From positions 1 through 60,209 of IMG/VR virus record IMGVR_UViG_3300037518_000230: 60,209 bases of DNA; one strand, given 5' to 3'. Shown here piece after piece: positions 50,103 through 57,338 of the stretch (positions within the stretch are counted from its first letter, which is position 1; each line of letters begins with the position of its first letter). This stretch comes from a virus. Lineage: Duplodnaviria > Caudoviricetes. The notes beneath the pieces are model-generated. The model saw only the letters and a program-made list of their open reading frames with translations, searched no databases and was not told the DNA's origin. The position numbers were made by a program, and so were the translations under genes.

Positions 50103-50872
50103 CTAGAATTGCGCTGATCCTCTTCGGGTTGGCGCTGATTGGTGCGGGGATTGTTGGACTGGTCCCCGCACCAGTCCCTACCGGCTCACTAATCGTATCT
50201 CGGACCTCGGAACCGATCGCCCTACCAACCGAGGCCCCCACACAAACGCCGGTAGTGATCGAGCGCATCGTTGTCGTAACCGCAACGACCGACCCGGAAC
50301 CGACACGAACACCCCTGCCAAAGTTCGATCTATGGAGCGCCCAAAACGTCAAGGTACAGATCGGAGAAGTGGTTATCGAATTCAATCCCGTACACTATAC
50401 GCCTGCATTCGATACCGACTTCGAGACACCGAACGGCGCACTATGGACCGATAACAATAGGAATACTGGCGTATGGCTCCACTCTGGGCCCAACAGTGCC
50501 GCTACCCCGCTACAGATGGCCGTCGAGCTCGACGAGCTTGGAAACCGGCGCTCGCTCTTTGAAGTGAACAAAGTAATAGACCAGTTGCCAGGGCAACCCG
50601 CACTTGTGACTGTTGACGGCGTGACGTTCAACATGGTCGTTCGCAAAGTTGGCCGTTTTCCAGCCTGGGACGTCCCTTTTCTTGAAGAGAACTATATGAG
50701 CGTTGACGAGATCATTGGCGGTGAGCCGGTCGAAGGCGGTCTGATCCTGTGGCATTGTGTTCGCGCTGCCGCTGGCGACGAGATCGGAAACAATATTCGG
50801 GTCGAAGTCGGCGGTGAAACATATTCCGATGGATGGTCATTTGGCCGCCTAGTATGGGTTTTGGGAGGTTGA
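50099..50872 (+). CDS. Sortase-like protein
   Basis: N-terminal TM and P/T linker; WLHSG (His), LILWHC (Cys), GRLVWV (Arg); coupled to the PPSTG substrate gene. Confidence 0.65.
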   Translation: MTRIALILFGLALIGAGIVGLVPAPVPTGSLIVSRTSEPIALPTEAPTQTPVVIERIVVVTATTDPEPTRTPLPKFDLWSAQNVKVQIGEVVIEFNPVHYTPAFDTDFETPNGALWTDNNRNTGVWLHSGPNSAATPLQMAVELDELGNRRSLFEVNKVIDQLPGQPALVTVDGVTFNMVVRKVGRFPAWDVPFLEENYMSVDEIIGGEPVEGGLILWHCVRAAAGDEIGNNIRVEVGGETYSDGWSFGRLVWVLGG

Positions 50873-50873
50873 T

Positions 50874-51854
50874 ATGCACGAAAGAGAGAAAGGTCAGGCG
50901 ATCGTTATTCTAGCATTCGCCTTTATCGTGTTCGTAGTTTTGGTAGGAGTTATGATCGATGGGGCGCTCGTCTTCGCACAGAAAACCCGTCTCGACGAGA
51001 TCGCATCCATCGCAGCCTGTGACGCCGCAGGAGGCTACAGGAAGGGCGTTGCGGTGGGATATAGTGTAGGACAAGCACTACAGACCAACGACGTTCCTGA
51101 TACCGTCTCAGTCGATTATGGGGTTTATCAGGGTTCGATTAAGGTCATGCTCTCCGGCGAGACACCCGCATACTTTCTGACAATTATCGGGATCGATAGT
51201 CTGCCGATCTCAGGACGAGCTCGCTGCCTGATCCCACAAGGAACGTTTAAGCCGATCGCCGTGAGGATGTCGGCTGTTGAGCACTCGCTCGGAGGAGGAT
51301 CGCCGGAAGAGTACGAAATCCTGGGAAGCTCGCCGAAGTGGGACCTCGCCGACGTCGAGAGTGGTGAGAACTTCCGGGGAGCCGTGTTTCTGCACATGCG
51401 CTGCAAAAGCATTGACGATGTTCCGGTTGAGAACTGTCCGGCCGTTGATGTCTTTGACCCACTCGATGCCGAGCCTCCCTCGCCACAGTCAGTAAAAGAC
51501 CTCGCCGAGGCATGCTTCGAGAATACCGGATGCAATATCCGGCATCCGGCCGGGAGCTATCTTCCGATCGTAAGCGGAACGAGTAATAAGTTCCTCGTCG
51601 AGGCCTTCTGTAGTACCGGATGCTTCGAGGGTCAGCTTGTCGCAGTTCTTATCTTCGACGGAACAGTCTATGATCCAGACCCCGGCTACGGGAACTGGGA
51701 GAATGTAAAGATTGTCGGCTTCGCGGTGTATGAGATTGTCGAGATCGATACCAACACAATCACCGCGAAGCTGCATAGTGGGCCGTTCAACTCTCTTGAT
51801 GATCTCGATATCGAGATCGATCCGAGGGAAATACCATGGAAATACGGGAGCTAG
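50874..51854 (+). CDS. TadG-like Flp pilus protein
   Basis: EKG|QAIVILAFAFIVFVVLVGVMIDG..RLDEIASIAACDAA. Confidence 0.8.
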   Translation: MHEREKGQAIVILAFAFIVFVVLVGVMIDGALVFAQKTRLDEIASIAACDAAGGYRKGVAVGYSVGQALQTNDVPDTVSVDYGVYQGSIKVMLSGETPAYFLTIIGIDSLPISGRARCLIPQGTFKPIAVRMSAVEHSLGGGSPEEYEILGSSPKWDLADVESGENFRGAVFLHMRCKSIDDVPVENCPAVDVFDPLDAEPPSPQSVKDLAEACFENTGCNIRHPAGSYLPIVSGTSNKFLVEAFCSTGCFEGQLVAVLIFDGTVYDPDPGYGNWENVKIVGFAVYEIVEIDTNTITAKLHSGPFNSLDDLDIEIDPREIPWKYGS

Positions 51855-51856
51855 AA

Positions 51857-52423
51857 ATGGATAACCGAATCACAAACTACACGACCAAAGATGTCATGCG
51901 GTATATCGAGGAGAACGATGATCGCCTTTACAATCAGTTCCAGGCCGCAGGCTGGCTGATAGGGACCTTCGCTAACCTCGACCGGACTGAGGCGATGCGT
52001 CTTTATCGGACTTATCAAAACAACCTGCACGGGAAATGGGAAAAAGGTCAGTCGCTCGTCGAGTTTGCCCTCTTCGTGGTAATGGGCTTCCTAAGCCTGT
52101 TACTTATCTTCGATGCAACGCTCTTCGCACTGAATGTAGGGCTCGCCGGGATATCCAGTTTCAATGCTTCGAGAGCGGCGAGCATCTTCTATGCCGGAGA
52201 CGGCACGACCTGCGCCGGTAATATCGAGATCGCCGGGAATGTAACCGATCCGATCGGCCCGGCATCATGGCAGCGCAGCACCACGCCCTGCCCCGATGAC
52301 CCGTACTGGGTACCACCCTCCGGAGCACTAGCAACAAGTGTCGTCACAGTAACCTATCACCCTATGTTTGTCCCCGGCGATCCGTGGGTCGTCGAGGTCG
52401 TTATCCGAAATTCGTTCGAGTAA
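51857..52423 (+). CDS. TadE-like pseudopilin with long N-terminal extension
   Basis: EKG|QSLVEFALFVVM...ASRAAS. Confidence 0.8.
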   Translation: MDNRITNYTTKDVMRYIEENDDRLYNQFQAAGWLIGTFANLDRTEAMRLYRTYQNNLHGKWEKGQSLVEFALFVVMGFLSLLLIFDATLFALNVGLAGISSFNASRAASIFYAGDGTTCAGNIEIAGNVTDPIGPASWQRSTTPCPDDPYWVPPSGALATSVVTVTYHPMFVPGDPWVVEVVIRNSFE

Positions 52424-52433
52424 ACAGGAGAAG

Positions 52434-52889
52434 ATGATGAATACCGAAGTCAAAGTAACACTTGCCCTGATCGCTGTTCCATTCGCTACCTTAGCAATCA
52501 TCTACTTCGTCGCACCCTTCGTGCGCTGGCTACGACTCGCTATCCGAGTGAGGAGAAGCGAGGAACACTGGAGCCAGCGCTCCGAATGGCTCGAAGAGAA
52601 TATGCCGACCGACGTACCGCTTGCCTTCCGGGAGAAATACGCTGAGATAAGAAACTTTGACCCGATCCGGCAGAGAAGCACAGCAGAGCTTGAGAGCGAT
52701 TTGAGGGCATATGGGTATAAAGACGCCCGCCTTGTGAGTGACGCCCTTAACAGACGCCTGGGACGCGGCCAGAGCATGCTTGAGTATGCCATTCTCATCG
52801 TCCTGGTGGCGATCATCGTGCTGGTGATCCTGTCGCTCCTGGGCCCGTCGATCGGAAACCTCTTTTCGAACGTCGTCTCGAACGTCTGA
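52434..52889 (+). CDS. Flp pilin fused behind a TM-containing N-terminal domain
   Basis: RG|QSMLEYAILIVLVAIIVLVILSLLGPSIGNLFSNV. Confidence 0.85.
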   Translation: MMNTEVKVTLALIAVPFATLAIIYFVAPFVRWLRLAIRVRRSEEHWSQRSEWLEENMPTDVPLAFREKYAEIRNFDPIRQRSTAELESDLRAYGYKDARLVSDALNRRLGRGQSMLEYAILIVLVAIIVLVILSLLGPSIGNLFSNVVSNV

Positions 52890-52905
52890 ATAGGAGGAAA
52901 GCGTA

Positions 52906-53142
52906 ATGGGAATGCTACCGGATAAAACTAAAAAGAAGATCGTGATATACCCAGAAATCAACCTTGAGAGAGGGATACATCTTGCTCAGACTTTTATACA
53001 CGACTACGGGTGGAACCCTAAAAAACAAGGATTTAATCACGGTGTGATCTATGCGTATCCGGGCTTCAAGAAGTCCTATTATGTATATCAAACCAAGACA
53101 TCGGTCATTGTACGGAAGAATAGCTGGGAAGATAACGATTGA
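52906..53142 (+). CDS. Hypothetical protein
   Basis: AGGAGG RBS; AT-rich. Confidence 0.55.
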   Translation: MGMLPDKTKKKIVIYPEINLERGIHLAQTFIHDYGWNPKKQGFNHGVIYAYPGFKKSYYVYQTKTSVIVRKNSWEDND

Positions 53143-53179
53143 TACCTTAGGAAGCCTAGTATAAGAGGGAGTCAAGGCT

Positions 53180-53650
53180 ATGACGGATCTAGAATGGCAA
53201 AAATCATCGGAGCGCTACGGAAACCGGATGTTCGCAACCGAACTGATGTATCCAGAGTTCGAAGTCGTGCTCCTGAAAGATAACGGGCTCGACCCGTACC
53301 CTTACATTATCGATCAGGAAGCGAAGAGGGACGGGGAGCATGGCACGACGGCGAGGCTCGTCGGCGCATGCTGGATGACCCTAAAAAGGCCGGACGGCGA
53401 AGAGGTAACGGTCTATGCAAAGCCTTGCCCGGCATACGAGAACGACCTCCACGCCGCCTTGCAACTCTTGGAGAAGGCCCCTCGATGGGATATCGGAATA
53501 GACCACGGCAAGCTGACAATCTCGATCGGCGAGGAGCCCTGGGTTTTGCGGTCTTATCCGCTCGATGGGCCCTATGATCTCGCTCGCCGGATCACCGAGA
53601 CGTGGATAAACTGGAAAGGGAAGGATATTGGCTATGCCTCCGAAACCTGA
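53180..53650 (+). CDS. Hypothetical protein
   Basis: PAYENDLHAALQLLEK. Confidence 0.6.
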   Translation: MTDLEWQKSSERYGNRMFATELMYPEFEVVLLKDNGLDPYPYIIDQEAKRDGEHGTTARLVGACWMTLKRPDGEEVTVYAKPCPAYENDLHAALQLLEKAPRWDIGIDHGKLTISIGEEPWVLRSYPLDGPYDLARRITETWINWKGKDIGYASET

Positions 53651-53837
53651 CGGGAGAGTTACGGAAGGCGAGCTCGAAGCATATGGGAGCAACCTTCTGG
53701 CCTATGATTGCTTCGTCGAGAACGCCCGGTTAGGGCTGGTTCGGGATGCGAAGCTCGGCCGGGTTAGAAGCGGCGAGCTCCGGCGATCGATCGTTCCGAA
53801 CGAGCAGGACTTCGACGGCGATCGGAGGACGCGATGA
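53634..53837 (+). CDS. Hypothetical protein
   Basis: Overlapping operon ORF. Confidence 0.45.
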   Translation: MPPKPDGRVTEGELEAYGSNLLAYDCFVENARLGLVRDAKLGRVRSGELRRSIVPNEQDFDGDRRTR

Positions 53838-54040
53838 AATCCCCCGAAGATATCCGTGCAATCATGAAGTATGCCGATCGCCCTGTCGGAAAGGCAGCAC
53901 TGCACCTCTCAAATATTCAACCGCAAGTCGGGGAATACTTCCAGCTTCAATGGGCCCGATTTCTAATCGATGGCGATCAGGATAGCCGCCCTGTTCACTT
54001 CCCGCACATGATCGGTAGCTTTATCGTCTGGCATCGATAA
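53834..54040 (+). CDS. Hypothetical protein
   Basis: GGAGG RBS, ATGA coupling. Confidence 0.5.
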   Translation: MKSPEDIRAIMKYADRPVGKAALHLSNIQPQVGEYFQLQWARFLIDGDQDSRPVHFPHMIGSFIVWHR

Positions 54041-54059
54041 TTCAAGAGATAATCGGAGC

Positions 54060-54091
54060 AAAGGGAGGGTTCTCAAGAACCCTCCCTTTTT
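54060..54091. terminator. Intrinsic terminator
   Basis: aaagggagggttct-ca-agaaccctccc-ttttt. Confidence 0.85.
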
Positions 54092-54100
54092 GCGTCTTCG

Positions 54101-54175
54101 AATCTTGGAATGGACATAAAGAGGTACGAAATAAAGCTAGATTTCGTATAGACAAGAAGAAGAAGAAGAAGAAGA
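54101..54175 (+). repeat. Left arm of an ~75-bp imperfect inverted repeat with (GAA)n
   Basis: aatcttggaatggacataa...cgtatagacaagaagaagaagaagaagaaga. Confidence 0.85.
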
Positions 54176-54211
54176 TTTTACCTTAATATAGGCTATACGC
54201 ATTAAGCCCCA

Positions 54212-54240
54212 TTTGACGGGCCGGAAAACTATGCTAAGGT
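54212..54240 (+). promoter_or_regulatory. Putative promoter
   Basis: TTGACG...TGCTAAGGT. Confidence 0.5.
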
Positions 54241-54243
54241 GAG

Positions 54244-54358
54244 GTCGTCGAGATGCCGAGGTTGATAGTCGTAAATAAATAAGCTATTATCAATCTACGG
54301 TAGGGCTTCGCAAACAGGCGCCTCGACAACGACTGTCGGCCAGCGGAGCCCTACTGTA
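54244..54358 (+). ncRNA. Putative pseudoknotted leader RNA
   Basis: Stems 54247-57/54317-27, 54260-69/54286-95 and 54296-311/54343-58; the first and third cross. Confidence 0.55.
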
Positions 54359-54373
54359 TTTTGAGGAGGCGCT

Positions 54374-54832
54374 ATGGGGAAGAATAAAACATCCATTGAG
54401 GCAATGTCAGAAATTAGACTAGACGCACAGTCTCGTAACCTCGACTTCGATTATAGGCTAAAGGAAGCTAGGCGATTCTCTCGCAAAGTTCAGAACGGAG
54501 AGAACACTCATTTTGTATATTTCATTAGTTCTTATTGGTTCAATTTTGTAAAGATTGGAATAACACGACAGACCAATCTCGTGTATCGATTGCAAGCACT
54601 TCAAGTCGGAAATCCATTTCCGCTAGACTATATTGGCCTAGTGATAACTAGACGACCTCGGAAGACAGAGCGGAACTTGCACTTCACCTACCGGGAATAT
54701 CAAGCTACCGGGGAGTGGTTCGATATAAAAGATCAATACGTAAACGAGATCAAAAGCCGCTACCAAGATGAATACTTTGACGTCGGAGTTGCCTCGATCG
54801 AATATGCCCTGATCCCCGGTAAGACAATATAA
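54374..54832 (+). CDS. T5orf172/MUG113-type GIY-YIG-like protein
   Basis: FVYFI..VKIGIT..RLQALQVGNP..ERNLH..GEWF. Confidence 0.85.
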   Translation: MGKNKTSIEAMSEIRLDAQSRNLDFDYRLKEARRFSRKVQNGENTHFVYFISSYWFNFVKIGITRQTNLVYRLQALQVGNPFPLDYIGLVITRRPRKTERNLHFTYREYQATGEWFDIKDQYVNEIKSRYQDEYFDVGVASIEYALIPGKTI

Positions 54833-54858
54833 GTATATATGCTCTTGGTTTAATTTCT

Positions 54859-54934
54859 TTCTTCTTCTTCTTCTTCTTCTTGTCTATACGCAATACAAAG
54901 CTAAAACCCCTCTCATTATGGACATTCCAAGATT
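54859..54934 (-). repeat. Right arm of the inverted repeat
   Basis: tcttcttcttcttcttcttcttgtctatacg...ttatggacattccaagatt. Confidence 0.85.
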
Positions 54935-55029
54935 GGCTCGAACAACATTGGAAGAAGAATATCGCCCCATCTTCTTCTTCCTGCCTTCGAATAGAAGATT
55001 GGAAGAAGAAGATTAAATGTCCATTCTTC

Positions 55030-55059
55030 TTGACATGAAATGGCCCTTTGTGCTAAAAT
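55030..55059 (+). promoter_or_regulatory. Promoter flanked by operator sites
   Basis: TTGACA-18-TAAAAT; AAATGTCCATT at about 55015 and AAATGGACAT at about 55056. Confidence 0.7.
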
Positions 55060-55158
55060 GGACATGAGACACGAGAAAGGAGGCACATGGGGTGAACTTC
55101 AGGTATCGTATTATCGACTAAAACCGTAATGCTCGACGCAAAATACAAGGAGAATTCT

Positions 55159-55866
55159 ATGTCGTTCTTAGATCAACTCGACCAGCTAGAACAGGAAGCG
55201 TCTTCCGGCGGCGGTATTATCGGCCGGATCAATTTCGAGATCGGCGAGAAGTGCTTCGTCGCCGGTGTCGGGAATGAGGAGAGCTTCTTCTCATTTCAGC
55301 CCGGCAATCCCGAATCGAAAGAGGCGGCGCTCGCCCAGGCCAAGGAACTGATCTCGAACTCCGGCGGCGGCTTCCGGCACAGCGTTGCCGTGCAGTTCCG
55401 GGTTTATCGCGATCAGGTGCTCGGCCGGGAAGTGAACTGGATGGGCGATCGCTTCTTCACGCATCCGCTCTGGACCGACGGCTACAAACATGTTGTCAAG
55501 CCCGCTCTCGCCGAGATCGGCGTTGAGAACGTGGGGGAGTATTGGGGACGAATCTCATTCGCTCCCGATCCGAGCGGCCGGATGGAGAAGGACCAGGACG
55601 GAAACGATCGCGTTGCAATGCTCGGCTTCTTAGCCGAGGTTTATGACAGCGAAGAAGCCGCGCAGCAGGCAGCAGGAGCCTTCGCTTCTTCGACGGCTTC
55701 TTCTACGCCGTCAAGCGATCCAAGCATTCCGGCCGGATGGACCGTAGATGGCTGGAATAGTGTCAAGCCGGAGATCGCCAAGGAATTGGCGGCCGGGAAA
55801 ACCATCCCGGACGTCGCGAAAGCCTATGGAGTCGAGCCCCGTTTTGTGTCTCAAGCTAGCTCATAG
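55159..55866 (+). CDS. Putative ssDNA-binding/recombination protein with C-terminal HTH
   Basis: AGGAG RBS; low-complexity linker; GKTIPDVAKAYGVEP. Confidence 0.45.
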   Translation: MSFLDQLDQLEQEASSGGGIIGRINFEIGEKCFVAGVGNEESFFSFQPGNPESKEAALAQAKELISNSGGGFRHSVAVQFRVYRDQVLGREVNWMGDRFFTHPLWTDGYKHVVKPALAEIGVENVGEYWGRISFAPDPSGRMEKDQDGNDRVAMLGFLAEVYDSEEAAQQAAGAFASSTASSTPSSDPSIPAGWTVDGWNSVKPEIAKELAAGKTIPDVAKAYGVEPRFVSQASS

Positions 55867-55930
55867 GTAGAATTTGTATCGGTACGCGGGAGGGGGTTTA
55901 TCCCCCTCCCCACCCCTAAAGGAGAAACCA

Positions 55931-56116
55931 ATGGATCAAAAACACGAGATCGTCTGGGTCGTGCAGGGCCTCTATGTCGGCGAAGAAGGCATCGAATGGG
56001 AGGACGTGTACGAAGACACCGACAAGGCCATATCAGAAGACAACCTTCGTCGCTACGACGAGAACGAACCAACCTTCCGTCACCGTCTTGTTCGGCGAAA
56101 GATCGTCATCCTGTAG
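55931..56116 (+). CDS. Small hypothetical protein
   Basis: AAGGAG RBS; MDQKHEIVWVVQG..WEDV. Confidence 0.6.
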   Translation: MDQKHEIVWVVQGLYVGEEGIEWEDVYEDTDKAISEDNLRRYDENEPTFRHRLVRRKIVIL

Positions 56117-56133
56117 CCCAACATATACTCGGC

Positions 56134-56214
56134 AAGTAAGCCGGAAGTCCGAAGCAACCCATAGAGCACGAGCGAGCCAGAGAATTGAAGAAACCCGATA
56201 CTTGGAAGCGAGGG
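56134..56214 (+). ncRNA. TIGR-like dual-repeat guide array, upstream part (two 36-nt units)
   Basis: aagtaagcc-GGAAGTCCG-aagcaaccc-ATAGAGCAC-gagcgagcc-AGAGAATTG-aagaaaccc-GATACTTGG-aagcgaggg. Confidence 0.8.
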
Positions 56215-56222
56215 ATTAAAAA

Positions 56223-57089
56223 ATGAGCACCAAACAACGGCTTTATCAGGAACTTTTCGAGCGACAGAACGGCCTGTGCGCATCCTGCGATTGCGAACTC
56301 GTCGATCGCTATACGACCCAGATTGATAGGATTATTCCAGGAAAAGACGGCGGGCAATACGTCATCGATAACTGCCGTCTTATCTGCCTTCCGTGCGACT
56401 GGAAGAAAGAAGGGAATAAACCGAGATCGAAATATCCAGAGCTTGCCTCGGCCTATCGAACTTACAAGATGTGGCAAACTATGCACGGATCGATGGACCG
56501 TAAAATTCGAGCTTTTACCGGTGATATCGCCGGGACGACCAGATCGCCTTACATCGATGGCTTCACTCTTCAAGAGATCATTGATCTAAAGGACTACTTC
56601 AAAGATCAAGAAAAAATGTCTCAAAAAAGAGTAAAGCATCTAGTAAGAGAAACTCCGGAATGGATTGCCTTCCTGAAAGACGCACCCGGATGTGCCGAGA
56701 TTTTAGCCGCGCACCTGTTGTCACGAGTTGATATCGGAAAAGCTGAAAACGTCTCTTCTCTGTGGCGCTTCTTCGGTTTTGATCCCGCTAACGCCGCCGG
56801 TCAAAAGGGCAGAAATCCGGGTCTAGGTTCTGAGCGTGCGCCTATCTATGCCGCCCTGAGTATCTCGGTTTGCACCCGAACCGATAGCGAGTATCGCAAA
56901 ATCTATGATACTTACCGCGGTCGTGATGTCAGCCATGGTGGTGCTCTTCTAAGGACCATAAAATTATGGCTCAGTCATTTATGGTCGGCATGGCGAGAGT
57001 TCGAGGAGTTACCTGTAACAGTACCGTATGCGAATAATCACCTGGGGCATGATGGCTTTTATGATCGGAAGGAGTTCGGCTGGAAATAG
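56223..57089 (+). CDS. tasH: TasH-like protein (HNH-like domain, coiled coil, Nop/IS110-like RNA-binding domain)
   Basis: CASC..IDRIIPGKDGGQY..NCRLICLPC; FLKDAPGCAEILAAHLLSRVDIGKAENVSSLWRFFG; KLWLSHLWSAWR..LPVTVPY..HLGH; arrays on both sides. Confidence 0.82.
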   Translation: MSTKQRLYQELFERQNGLCASCDCELVDRYTTQIDRIIPGKDGGQYVIDNCRLICLPCDWKKEGNKPRSKYPELASAYRTYKMWQTMHGSMDRKIRAFTGDIAGTTRSPYIDGFTLQEIIDLKDYFKDQEKMSQKRVKHLVRETPEWIAFLKDAPGCAEILAAHLLSRVDIGKAENVSSLWRFFGFDPANAAGQKGRNPGLGSERAPIYAALSISVCTRTDSEYRKIYDTYRGRDVSHGGALLRTIKLWLSHLWSAWREFEELPVTVPYANNHLGHDGFYDRKEFGWK

Positions 57090-57236
57090 CCCGGAGGGGT
57101 GAAGAAACCCATCCTGAGAAAGCGAGCCAAAGAATCCAAGTAAACCAGCTTGTATAAGCGAGCCGGAAGTGTGAAGAAACCCATCATGGGTAAGCGAGCC
57201 AGTCCCATCAAGAAACCCAGTGATGCAAAGCGATCT
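57084..57236 (+). ncRNA. TIGR-like dual-repeat guide array, downstream part (four 36-nt units)
   Basis: Alternating aagcgagcc and aagaaaccc 9-mers with 9-nt spacers GGAGGGGTG/ATCCTGAGA, AAAGAATCC/AGCTTGTAT, GGAAGTGTG/ATCATGGGT, AGTCCCATC/AGTGATGCA. Confidence 0.88.
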
Positions 57237-57338
57237 AGACATGAATAGAAGCGAAATGATCGGAACAAGCAAAACAACGCACCCCCTTATACGAGGCACT
57301 CGCGGGTGTAAGAACTGAAATTACAGGGAGACATAAAT

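Noticed and set aside
56134-57236. CRISPR array or IS110 insertion sequence
   Set aside because: Repeats and spacers are only 9 nt with two alternating repeats; no cas genes; the protein has no DEDD RuvC domain. The TIGR-Tas architecture fits better.
56134-57236. Self-targeting of this genome, or of the GCCTAGTAT motif, by the guides
   Set aside because: No full two-spacer match found by eye, and the GATACTTGG versus ATACTAGG resemblance is within chance. Needs a computed search.
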